From a virus: a stretch of DNA of 64,000 bases. This document shows positions 8,185-16,846 of this stretch, piece by piece (the first letter of the stretch is position 1; each line of letters starts with the position of its first letter). Position numbers and translations under genes: made by a program. The notes beneath the pieces are model-generated. The model ran no database searches. It worked only from the letters and a program-made list of their open reading frames with translations, and was not told the DNA's origin. Location of the stretch: positions 32,001 to 96,000 of IMG/VR virus record IMGVR_UViG_3300045747_000527. One strand, given 5' to 3'.

Positions 8185-9340
8185 TGATCAGAACTTTTCT
8201 AGATAGCATAGCAGGCGTTGGCGGGTCTACCTTGATTCCCACCGTCGCGAGTGTTGTCACAAGGTTCAGCAGCCATGGCACTACGATATCACCATGCAGG
8301 GCGGGATGAGAAGCGTTTGGGCCGCCAAGAAATAAAGCAGAGGCCCCGATTGTCTTCACCCCTGTCCAACTCTCAGTGCTTCCTCCTCCGCCACTGATCT
8401 TATGTTCGCCAGAGATGTCTGTGCTCTGTGAACCTTTCACCGTCGTGGTGTGGTCCTTTCCAACTGACAGAGAGCAGTTCCCTGAGATGGTATTAGTCTG
8501 ATCGCCGCCTACCTCGACTGTCAGATCTGAGGAGTACTTCGTGTACCCGACGCCGGTATTGAAGACTCGCATGACATAGGCTGGCTTCGCACTGATAGTC
8601 TCGCCGGTCGTGGGGTTTATCCCACCCGCAGCCACTACTACTTCGTAGTCTGCACCAGACTTGGCAACCGTACCTACACTGATACGAACTGACGCCTTCT
8701 CATCCTGAGCAGCTTCTCTCGCGATAAGATCGAACTGTACCGCCTGGTGTTGGTTGTCCGGTCCTGTGTCTGCGACCGCAGCTCGCCAGGTCATTGAGCC
8801 ACCAACTGTGTCAAGTTCCCAGTTCTCGCATACATCCCGGATAAGGTTGTTGAGTGGAATGAAGAGGCGCTGACAGATGTCAGAGGCCCCAATCTGCAGA
8901 ACACCACCACGACGCAGGACTAGGAAGTTGTCATCCCTTCCCTGGATATATAGATCTCCAGGGTTCAGAAGAGGTCGTCCAGCGTTGTACCCGCCCATCG
9001 AAGGCTGGTCTGCCGACTGTGGAGAGCCTGATGCCACTGTCATAGCCGGCTCCGGTGGCTCCAAGAATCCCATAACAAACGGAGCCTCCCCGTCTGCTGG
9101 CCAACATACGGCGCAGATAGCACCAAGGTCTGGTATGACCGTGAACCCTTCACCGTTGTTGTAGTGTAGGTACGGGGAGGATACCTGAATACCGGGAACC
9201 AGACGTCCAGTGTACTGTGCTGCCCAGTCCACGGTCTTGTTGACTGGGTTGACGTTAACGATCAACCCAGTTTCTACCCGCGTCTCTCCCGTTACGGTAG
9301 ACGATGCCCTGGAATTACCGAAGCTATACGCGCCAGCCAT
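8177..9340 (-). CDS. Baseplate central spike, T4 gp5/VgrG/gpV-like
   Basis: OB-fold signature IPDLGAICAVCWPADGEAPFVMGFL; C-terminal beta-helix repeats VGGDQTNTISGNCSLSVGKDHTTTVKGSQSTDISG. Confidence 0.75.
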   Translation of the reverse strand: MAGAYSFGNSRASSTVTGETRVETGLIVNVNPVNKTVDWAAQYTGRLVPGIQVSSPYLHYNNGEGFTVIPDLGAICAVCWPADGEAPFVMGFLEPPEPAMTVASGSPQSADQPSMGGYNAGRPLLNPGDLYIQGRDDNFLVLRRGGVLQIGASDICQRLFIPLNNLIRDVCENWELDTVGGSMTWRAAVADTGPDNQHQAVQFDLIAREAAQDEKASVRISVGTVAKSGADYEVVVAAGGINPTTGETISAKPAYVMRVFNTGVGYTKYSSDLTVEVGGDQTNTISGNCSLSVGKDHTTTVKGSQSTDISGEHKISGGGGSTESWTGVKTIGASALFLGGPNASHPALHGDIVVPWLLNLVTTLATVGIKVDPPTPAMLSRKVLISD

Positions 9341-12300
9341 CAGTACTCTCCTGGCTTGCCCCTACCAAACTCTGCGGCATAGGCGATGGCAGGGATCGGG
9401 TGTGGGCCGTGAATGTGGGAAGTCCAGCCACGTTGAGCGGCGTCTATGACGGTATCATGCAGCCGCTCATGGTTGAGTTTCGCCATCCAATCTTCTTGAA
9501 CTTCCAGAGGCATCATGTCCACCCCCTTCAGCAAAGGCTTGTGAAGCACTGGCTTCTGCCCCACGGCAAGGGACCTGTTGTGCGCCACCACCTGAGATGT
9601 CGGAGCATAGTCGCCCCGAATGAAGTGGGTAGAAGACCCTGGGTGCAACACCTCCGTAAGATTGGTGACCGCCTTCACCACCACCTCAGCATTCCGCCGT
9701 CTGATGCCCTCACTCTTGTACCGGTCATACAATGCCCCTGCTAGATGTCCCTGTGTGTGCTCGATGCCGGTGAGCTCCAGCAACTCGTGCGGATTGACGG
9801 GCCCTCCAGAAATGGCACTCCCCTTCTTCACATCCATCCCCTTCTTGAGCGGTGACCCGTCGTACATAGGTACGCCGCGCGAGTTGGGAACGTAGTGGCG
9901 GCGACCATCAACGATCACGTCATGACCACCAGCCGGGTCCTTCCGTATCTCCTCCACCTTTCCAGTGACAGCACTGAGCGTAGCCGAACCAGGCAATACC
10001 TTCGGCAAATTCAGCAGGTCCTGCACCTGCTGGAAATCATCCGTGAGACCAGACTTGGACGCAGCCGATCCGCCCGTATGAAAGGCCTTCATGGCGAGCT
10101 GAACCGACCTCTCACCCAACGCCTGACCTGCGAGGATGCCGATGTTCGTCCCCACTGGCGGCAGATGACCGTCACTGTCCAGCCCGAAACACTTCTGGCA
10201 AATACCGGGGCCGTGCAAGCAGCGCAGCGGTGACCTGACCACTACCTTGCCTACCTTATTGTTGCGAAGAGTACTTTTGATCTCAGGAGTTATCAGTGTT
10301 CCAGCCGGGAGGGTTCGGCTGCCAACCTTGATGGGCGCTGCTGTGTACCGGTCAAGTATGTCCCTCTCGTCCACGTCCAAAGAGATACCCTTGTCAGTGC
10401 CGCAGTCATTGTCCTTCACCAGCGTGTCCATCGTGGTGTTCATGACCATCTTGCTGATGTACCCAGGCTCGCTGACCGATTGCACCTTTTGGATCGCCCC
10501 TTTACGAGCGCCGCTCACCGACGTCCAGTACTCTGATACGTCCAAGCCTTCTGCATATGACTTGCGGATAGGCGTGGGGAGCACACGCCCCTTGGCGTCC
10601 ATGACCAGCATCGGAGACATCTTGATCTGACGGAGAGTATCCATACCGGGCTTGACCCCTGCACGGTGCATGGTCATCAAGTTGCTGCTCTCGTCCGTCA
10701 TCTTATCCAGGGCCGCGTGCATCGTCTCTGTAGCCTTCGTGTACGCAGCGATACTGTGCGCGTCTCGTTTCTCCGCGGAGCCTGTGCCCTTCTTGGCCTC
10801 AATATCTGCAACCGCGAGTATCTTGTCCCGCAGCGCTCGGTCTGGGGTCACATCTGACAACCCAAGGGAGAACGAACTCTGAGTAGACCACGCGTTACCT
10901 AGGTCCTTCAGCTTGTTGACGACAACCCCGTACTCGTTCTTGTGCTCCCGTGCCAGCTTGTCCAGCAGCGCATCCTGTGCCTTGCCGTTCAGTACGGATG
11001 TGCTGGTGAGAACCTCCTTGCGCATAACCTCCGGCAGTGCACCAGCCAATAGGAAACGCCCAACCGAAGCCTTGATACCAGAGATTGTGATCACATCATT
11101 CAGGCGCGCTTCCCCCTTTCGTACGGCAGTCTCCACCTCCTGGATGGTCTTGAACGACTTGCCAGTATCCGTGCCGGCTTTCGATATGCCGTACAGGCCC
11201 AGCTTCATCTCGTGCGTGGGTGAGTACATCACCCTGCCCGTAGACGGGCTAAACAGATTGTGGGAGGGCATCATCCCCCGCGCCTCTGTTACCGCCTGTG
11301 CTGACACAGGAACGAACGCACCCATGGCATCACCGTCGAAGTCTGCGTTGAATCCCGACGTAACCAACGGGTGTATCTGGATGGTACGCCCGCTCACGAT
11401 GCGTGGCTTGAACGCCTGCACACTGTATTTGTGCAAGACCGGGTCTCTTTTCACCAAGATAGGTCGGTCAGAGATGACCCGCTCTAGCGCGCGATCAACC
11501 ATCTCTCCGCCCTTCTCAATCTGCGCACGGGCTGCCAGTGGAGAGATGCCCTGCAAGTTGCGCAACTCCTTGATGATGAACGGTTTGTAGAGCTCGATAG
11601 CCGCGGGCTTAGGGATACCCACCTCGTCCAGACCCAGTGAAGGTTCGGGTACGATGGTGGAGCGCATCGTTAGATCTTGCTTCCGCTGTATCAGCTTGCT
11701 CTGGAAGAAGCCCTGTTTCGGCGCACCAGACTTCTCCCCTGTCTCAGTATCCACCACTCGCTTGCCGGCTATGATGTCCAAGATGCCGCGACGAACCTGC
11801 TTAGGGTACCCGCCAATACCAGTCAGGGCGTGCAGACCATCGTGGATTTCCTCACGCAAAGCAACCTTCGCCTCATCATCGTCCGGGATAAGCGGCGACA
11901 TCTCCTTGTACTTCTGCGAAGACAGGTGAATGTACTTGTACAACCCGTTCAGATCATCCTCGCTGATGCGCTTGCCATCCGAGACAGAAAGCGGCCGCAT
12001 AGCCGGGGGCAAGATGGGCACGTGGCTCATCATGTACGCATCTTGCGGAGTCAGCTTTGCCCTCTGAAGGGCAGTCAAGAACTTGATCGTCTTGTTCGCG
12101 TCGTCCAGCTTGGCCCCCTTCAAAGCGGGCTTCTCAATCTCAAGCCGAGCAGCCGCGAGTGCCTTGTCCACGCTGATGTTACCAAGCAGGTGGTTCACTG
12201 CCTTGCCGCCCACCATTGCCCCTGGAGATTCTACGGGAACTACCTTGCCTGTCTTATCCACAGCGACTCGGCCGGCGACCAAGTCAGTGTACGTGGTCCC

Positions 12301-15300
12301 CTTCATGCCGAGTAACGTACGAGTTGCTCCCGCGAACAGAGGATTGGGGAACGGCTCCGGCAAAGTCATGTGCGACCACATGGTGCCGTCCAAGCCGCCG
12401 GTAATCCGCGGGTCGAAGAGGCCATCCTTTTCGGGCACCATGTTCTTTGCGCGGACCCATTTGGCAGGGTTTTTGATCTCCCCGTTACTCTGCTCTAAAA
12501 CCTGCTTGTCCGTCATCGGCACCATCGTGAGGTTGCTGCCCTCCTTCTTGACGTTGACCCCGACACCCTTCAGGTACGCCATGAACTTGTTGTAGGAGAA
12601 CGTAGGCCGCGGAGCCGGAAGCATCTCACCTGCCTGAAGGGCATGCCAAAACTGGTCGTGCTGACCTGCATCGCTCTTCATCGTGTACATCTCGCGCAGG
12701 TTATGGACCGCGCCATGGGCCAACATGGCGTACAACCCTAGCGCGCCCAGCGACTGGGCTCCGTGTGGGCCACCGCCCTTAGGCACCATACTGCTGTCGT
12801 AGGCGTAGCCGGGGCCGCCGGCGCGAGCAATCATCTTCTTGTCCACCTGGTGAACCAGCTTGACGATGTGTTGTGGGCCCACCAGCACCTGACCCATGAC
12901 CTTCCCGGTCGTAGGGTCTACTATGTCCTCCTTGTCCGGAAGTCCGTGCGCCTTGAGCTCGTCTGTGACTTTTTGGTGCAGGTCTACGCCAGGCTCGAAG
13001 TTCTTAATGAAGTAGGTCTTGCCGGTCTTCTCTGCAATCTTTCCGGCAGAGACCTCCAACAGCTGTCCCAAGTTAGTGCGGCCGGGAACACCTGCAGGGT
13101 TAAGTAAGATCTCCGTGGGCCTGCCATCCAAGGTATGTGGCATCTCGTGATCGGCAAGGATCTTAGTCACGATCCCCTTGTTTCCGTGGCGACCTGCTAA
13201 CTTATCCCCGACCTCCATAGGTTGGAGTGTCTTCACGTGGACCGCCACAGCGTGGCCTGTCTTGGACACCTCCTGGACGATACCTGGGTGGTCTGCCTCC
13301 CACTTCATCGAGACGTCCTTGAACGGCTTAACGATGGACTTGTGCAGCTTGGACAGGTCCGCGTCTTCCCGGCGCTCGTTTTCGTTCTTCTGCTGAAGGG
13401 CAGCGATCAATGTGTCGCCTGGCATGACGATGTGTCCTTCGCGAACAACGCCGTCATCATCCAGCTTATCCGCCTGCTCCTTGTTCAAGGCCGCGGGTGC
13501 ATAGGCACGAAACTTCCTCTTGTCTAGGACATGCCCGGTATCCCGGCTGATCTCATGGCGGTACAAGTGCTCTGAAGACAGCTTCTTCGCCGCGGTCTCG
13601 CTGATGACAACGCCGTCCTCGAAGTTGTATCCCTTGTACGGCATGTAGGCCACGCGCAGATTAGTGCCCAGCGCCAGGTTGCCGCCCTTAGTGTAGTTGG
13701 TGTCCGCTACCACCTGGCCCTTCGTAACCTTGTCGCCTACTCCTACAAGAGGCTCTGAGTGGATGAACACACGGTCCGTGTTCAGTGGGAAGTTATCGTA
13801 GAGCTGGACCTCATGCTTCTTCCCCTTGACGTCCTCAATGATAATCCCGTCCTTCTTGATCTTGGTGACGACACCATCATGCTGGCTGTTGTGACTAGCG
13901 TACGCGCCCACTATCCTCTCGAAGCTGTCCTTACCCGCCAGGCTCTGCACCAGGGGCGCTTCCCTATCCTTCAGAGAGATGGCTTGCTCCATGTGCCGGC
14001 CCGCCATAGTAGTACGGTTAGGGTGGTCTGCTCCCATGAACGGGATCATATTAGTGGACGTAGAAAACAGCTGGATCGGGTCAAGCATAACGTAATCCGC
14101 TTCGTGCAGAGGCGCAGATACGATTTCGTTACCCACGCCACTCATGCGGATGTTCTTGGCTACCGCTACCGGCTTGCCCTTAGCCCACGTAACCTGATCT
14201 GGCAGCACCACCTTGGTGCGCATGACCTGACTAGGTGTGATCTCAGTCTGCTTGCCCGTCTTTGTGTCATAGACCCGCATGGTAATATCGTGGCCGCGCT
14301 TGCTGATACCTACGGGCATTCGCAAACTGATGCCGACATCCTGTCCTTCGGACGTGTGCAGCGGGTCCATGAACCCCATGTGTGACGGGTCTACTAGCTT
14401 AGCGTCGTCCGACACAACGTGAAAATCTGAGATGCCTCCCTTACCCATGATGGTGGTTTTCATCTGGTTAGAGATCATCTCAAGCGGGTTCAGCTGACTG
14501 GGTGTGTTTGCCAAACCGCTGTTGCCCGTGAACAAGGACCTTACGGACTTGTTGAACACGTCGGGGCCAATGATATCGCGGATGCCTCTGTCTGGTCGGT
14601 CGATGGTGTTCTTGACCTTACGTGTGATCTCTCTGGCTCCGTTCTGTACCCGCTCCGCCACAAAGTCCTCCACAGAATGCAGGTCCTTGAACATGAGTGA
14701 GTCGCGCGGGTCAGACTTGGCTGTGCCGCGGGAGATGCCTAACAGCTTATTCGACGCCGCTAAGATCGCTTCCCCACTAGCATTCGCGTATGGATGCCCG
14801 AGGGTGACCTGGTTGACGTCAGGGCGCGATCCAGTGTTCTGGAACACCTCCTGGGTAACAGACTGTGCTGTCTCGGGGTTAGGCGCCTTTTGCCCCGTAG
14901 CTATTTCGTGGAATCTAGACAGAGTCTTGTTCGCGTCAGCTGCGTTCGCGTCTACGATCTCCTTACCCCAGTGTTTCTCAAGTTCATCTGGGTGAATCCC
15001 CAGACCCTGTAGCATCGGAGCCAACGGCAGGTGCTTGCCCTCGTACTCCATCTGGAACTTCTTGCTCTCGGGATCGAAGTGCAGCTTGAACGGGCGCCCC
15101 TTCACTCCGGCAGTGTTGAAGCTGGTCTCCAACGACCCGTCATCCTTGACCATGGAGTATGCACCAGCCTTCAAACGCCACTGGTTGTCTACCTGGTACT
15201 CCTTGCCATCGATAATGTGGCTGAGCCTGCGCGTACTCTTGGGCAGGTCCATCAGCTTGATCTTCTTTTTCTCGATAACGTGGCCAGTAGCGTTATCCTT

Positions 15301-15519
15301 CAGAGCAATCGTAGCCTGCACCGGCACGGTCCAGCTTTTCCCCTGAATCTTGGCTTCCTTCTGCGACCGGATATCATCCAGGTCCAGGTTGTCTGGGATG
15401 CTGATATCGTGAAGCTCAAGAGTTCGCGTGTTCCCTATGATGGGGAAGATGCTCTTGGTTGCCTCAGTTACCTTGTCCTTCAGTACGGTGAAACCAGTTT
15501 CTGGGTTTAGACGCGCCAT
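9340..15519 (-). CDS. rpoBC: Single-chain fused beta-beta' DNA-dependent RNA polymerase
   Basis: Beta motifs in order: HTSEGQDVGI, MIPFMGADHPNRTTMAGRHMEQA, AYMPYKGYNFEDG, GDKLAGRHGNKG, REMYTMKSD. Beta' motifs then follow: PEKDGLF, RKQDLTMRSTI, KRDPVLH, catalytic NADFDGD (11329-11349), bridge helix GARKG, CxxxxxxCxxC, trigger loop QLAMKAFHTGG. No stop at the junction (~12540). Confidence 0.95.
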   Translation of the reverse strand: MARLNPETGFTVLKDKVTEATKSIFPIIGNTRTLELHDISIPDNLDLDDIRSQKEAKIQGKSWTVPVQATIALKDNATGHVIEKKKIKLMDLPKSTRRLSHIIDGKEYQVDNQWRLKAGAYSMVKDDGSLETSFNTAGVKGRPFKLHFDPESKKFQMEYEGKHLPLAPMLQGLGIHPDELEKHWGKEIVDANAADANKTLSRFHEIATGQKAPNPETAQSVTQEVFQNTGSRPDVNQVTLGHPYANASGEAILAASNKLLGISRGTAKSDPRDSLMFKDLHSVEDFVAERVQNGAREITRKVKNTIDRPDRGIRDIIGPDVFNKSVRSLFTGNSGLANTPSQLNPLEMISNQMKTTIMGKGGISDFHVVSDDAKLVDPSHMGFMDPLHTSEGQDVGISLRMPVGISKRGHDITMRVYDTKTGKQTEITPSQVMRTKVVLPDQVTWAKGKPVAVAKNIRMSGVGNEIVSAPLHEADYVMLDPIQLFSTSTNMIPFMGADHPNRTTMAGRHMEQAISLKDREAPLVQSLAGKDSFERIVGAYASHNSQHDGVVTKIKKDGIIIEDVKGKKHEVQLYDNFPLNTDRVFIHSEPLVGVGDKVTKGQVVADTNYTKGGNLALGTNLRVAYMPYKGYNFEDGVVISETAAKKLSSEHLYRHEISRDTGHVLDKRKFRAYAPAALNKEQADKLDDDGVVREGHIVMPGDTLIAALQQKNENERREDADLSKLHKSIVKPFKDVSMKWEADHPGIVQEVSKTGHAVAVHVKTLQPMEVGDKLAGRHGNKGIVTKILADHEMPHTLDGRPTEILLNPAGVPGRTNLGQLLEVSAGKIAEKTGKTYFIKNFEPGVDLHQKVTDELKAHGLPDKEDIVDPTTGKVMGQVLVGPQHIVKLVHQVDKKMIARAGGPGYAYDSSMVPKGGGPHGAQSLGALGLYAMLAHGAVHNLREMYTMKSDAGQHDQFWHALQAGEMLPAPRPTFSYNKFMAYLKGVGVNVKKEGSNLTMVPMTDKQVLEQSNGEIKNPAKWVRAKNMVPEKDGLFDPRITGGLDGTMWSHMTLPEPFPNPLFAGATRTLLGMKGTTYTDLVAGRVAVDKTGKVVPVESPGAMVGGKAVNHLLGNISVDKALAAARLEIEKPALKGAKLDDANKTIKFLTALQRAKLTPQDAYMMSHVPILPPAMRPLSVSDGKRISEDDLNGLYKYIHLSSQKYKEMSPLIPDDDEAKVALREEIHDGLHALTGIGGYPKQVRRGILDIIAGKRVVDTETGEKSGAPKQGFFQSKLIQRKQDLTMRSTIVPEPSLGLDEVGIPKPAAIELYKPFIIKELRNLQGISPLAARAQIEKGGEMVDRALERVISDRPILVKRDPVLHKYSVQAFKPRIVSGRTIQIHPLVTSGFNADFDGDAMGAFVPVSAQAVTEARGMMPSHNLFSPSTGRVMYSPTHEMKLGLYGISKAGTDTGKSFKTIQEVETAVRKGEARLNDVITISGIKASVGRFLLAGALPEVMRKEVLTSTSVLNGKAQDALLDKLAREHKNEYGVVVNKLKDLGNAWSTQSSFSLGLSDVTPDRALRDKILAVADIEAKKGTGSAEKRDAHSIAAYTKATETMHAALDKMTDESSNLMTMHRAGVKPGMDTLRQIKMSPMLVMDAKGRVLPTPIRKSYAEGLDVSEYWTSVSGARKGAIQKVQSVSEPGYISKMVMNTTMDTLVKDNDCGTDKGISLDVDERDILDRYTAAPIKVGSRTLPAGTLITPEIKSTLRNNKVGKVVVRSPLRCLHGPGICQKCFGLDSDGHLPPVGTNIGILAGQALGERSVQLAMKAFHTGGSAASKSGLTDDFQQVQDLLNLPKVLPGSATLSAVTGKVEEIRKDPAGGHDVIVDGRRHYVPNSRGVPMYDGSPLKKGMDVKKGSAISGGPVNPHELLELTGIEHTQGHLAGALYDRYKSEGIRRRNAEVVVKAVTNLTEVLHPGSSTHFIRGDYAPTSQVVAHNRSLAVGQKPVLHKPLLKGVDMMPLEVQEDWMAKLNHERLHDTVIDAAQRGWTSHIHGPHPIPAIAYAAEFGRGKPGEY

Positions 15520-15633
15520 GTGCTCCTCGCGGTTGGTCTTCGGAGATTCTGCAAGCTCCTACAACTCCTACCAAAATACCAGATTTTGGGGGCGCTAGGG
15601 AATGAAACCCTGCAAGAAGGCCCTCGCAGGCAC

Positions 15634-15662
15634 TGAAAGCGCAGATCATAAGTGGGTATAAG
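15634..15662 (+). promoter_or_regulatory. Phage promoter motif, copy 3 (divergent from the RNAP gene)
   Basis: TGAAAgcgcagatcataagtgGGTATAAG. Confidence 0.7.
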
Positions 15663-15712
15663 ACAGGTAGAGGACGAGAACAATACTCGTACCCAATCAA
15701 GGAGGCGCCAAC

Positions 15713-15838
15713 ATGTACCCGGAAAATGAAGATGCCAGTGGCCAAGACGATGACGAAATGGACGAGGAGCCGACGAATACAGGAGAGGCGCTAGAGGCGG
15801 ATTTCTTCCAGCAATTCGACAAGGACGACGCTGGATGA
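15713..15838 (+). CDS. 41-aa highly acidic peptide
   Basis: AAGGAGG RBS. MYPENEDASGQDDDEMDEEPTNTGEALEADFFQQFDKDDAG (16 D/E, 1 K). Not in the ORF track. Confidence 0.65.
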   Translation: MYPENEDASGQDDDEMDEEPTNTGEALEADFFQQFDKDDAG

Positions 15839-15942
15839 GATTCTTTTGGATCTTCATGTTGTCTGTGCTGACAACAATGATCACAGAAATAATCTGTGAT
15901 CTGAACTGGGCGCGCGCACAGCGCGGTGACTCATGTTCATGA
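15835..15942 (+). CDS. 35-aa hydrophobic peptide
   Basis: ATGA-coupled to the acidic peptide; MRFFWIFMLSVLTTMITEIICDLNWARAQRGDSCS. Confidence 0.45.
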   Translation: MRFFWIFMLSVLTTMITEIICDLNWARAQRGDSCS

Positions 15943-16421
15943 AGATCCTGTCCACAGAAGCCTTATGTATCTGTGGAAAGCGGCTCGGTGAGGACACACT
16001 CGTTCTCATCGAGTCCGGCCAAATGTTACCGAGCAAGAAAGATAATCGGTTCTTACGCTTTCACCCGGACTGGAGTCTGCCTGCAGACAAATGGAACGAA
16101 CCGGGTGACCCAGAGAGCGTGCTACGCAAGGTAGTGCACTTCGAGTGTCTCAGAGAACGCTTCAACATCACAGACAAGACCTGGAGGGGAGACCCACAGG
16201 TGAACGAGTGCCACATCTGTGACAGAAGCTTTCTCTCCTGTAAATGGGCTCATCGATACACGGTGGGCGAGATCGTAAATGGCATCTTCGAACAAGATCT
16301 AGAGATGCCTAATTGGAAGGGTATCGTGTGCAGCTTTTGCGCTGAGGTAATAGCGCAAGACCCGCCAGCGATACCAGAGATCAAACAACCCACGAGAGGG
16401 CAACTCTCGCTCTTCGAGTGA
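15933..16421 (+). CDS. Cys-rich (Zn-binding) protein with C-terminal beta-clamp-binding-like motif
   Basis: CICG, HFEC, CHICD, CSFC; ends GQLSLFE. Confidence 0.7.
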   Translation: MFMKILSTEALCICGKRLGEDTLVLIESGQMLPSKKDNRFLRFHPDWSLPADKWNEPGDPESVLRKVVHFECLRERFNITDKTWRGDPQVNECHICDRSFLSCKWAHRYTVGEIVNGIFEQDLEMPNWKGIVCSFCAEVIAQDPPAIPEIKQPTRGQLSLFE

Positions 16422-16438
16422 CACAGAAAGGAGGCCGC

Positions 16439-16846
16439 ATGTCTAATCAACCGGAACGGAAACCCTTCCCAGCTAGTCCCCCACCAGAGTTACGTTTCTT
16501 CAGGGCAAGTCCGGCGGCCTCCGAGGTCGTCAAACAGAACTTCCTAGACCTAGTACACAAAGAAACAGATCTGACCATAAACGCATTCCTCAGGCTCCAA
16601 AGCCTAGAACAGAGGCTGGTCTACTGGGTAAACGTGGAGGTAGCTCTCGGCAAGTCAGAACACCCGACGTACTACTGGTACCCACGGGACAAAGCCAAAA
16701 AGCTGGTAGAGGAAACGAAGCTATCCCCAGACTACATAACGTACAGGCTGATCAGAGAAGCCATGCAGAACACCAACGAGGCCGGGCATGAGGATTTCCG
16801 CCGGCTCGTCGAGCTGATGTTCAACCCACAGAAGTGTACTCGGTAA
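16439..16846 (+). CDS. Hypothetical protein
   Basis: GGAGG RBS before the ATG at 16439; convergent with the portal gene. Confidence 0.6.
   Translation: MSNQPERKPFPASPPPELRFFRASPAASEVVKQNFLDLVHKETDLTINAFLRLQSLEQRLVYWVNVEVALGKSEHPTYYWYPRDKAKKLVEETKLSPDYITYRLIREAMQNTNEAGHEDFRRLVELMFNPQKCTR

Noticed and set aside
9340-15519. Possibility that rpoBC is host chromosomal DNA
   Set aside because: It is flanked by terminase, portal and spike genes; there are no ribosomal-protein neighbours (rplL, rpsL); and it shows deletions not seen in cellular enzymes.
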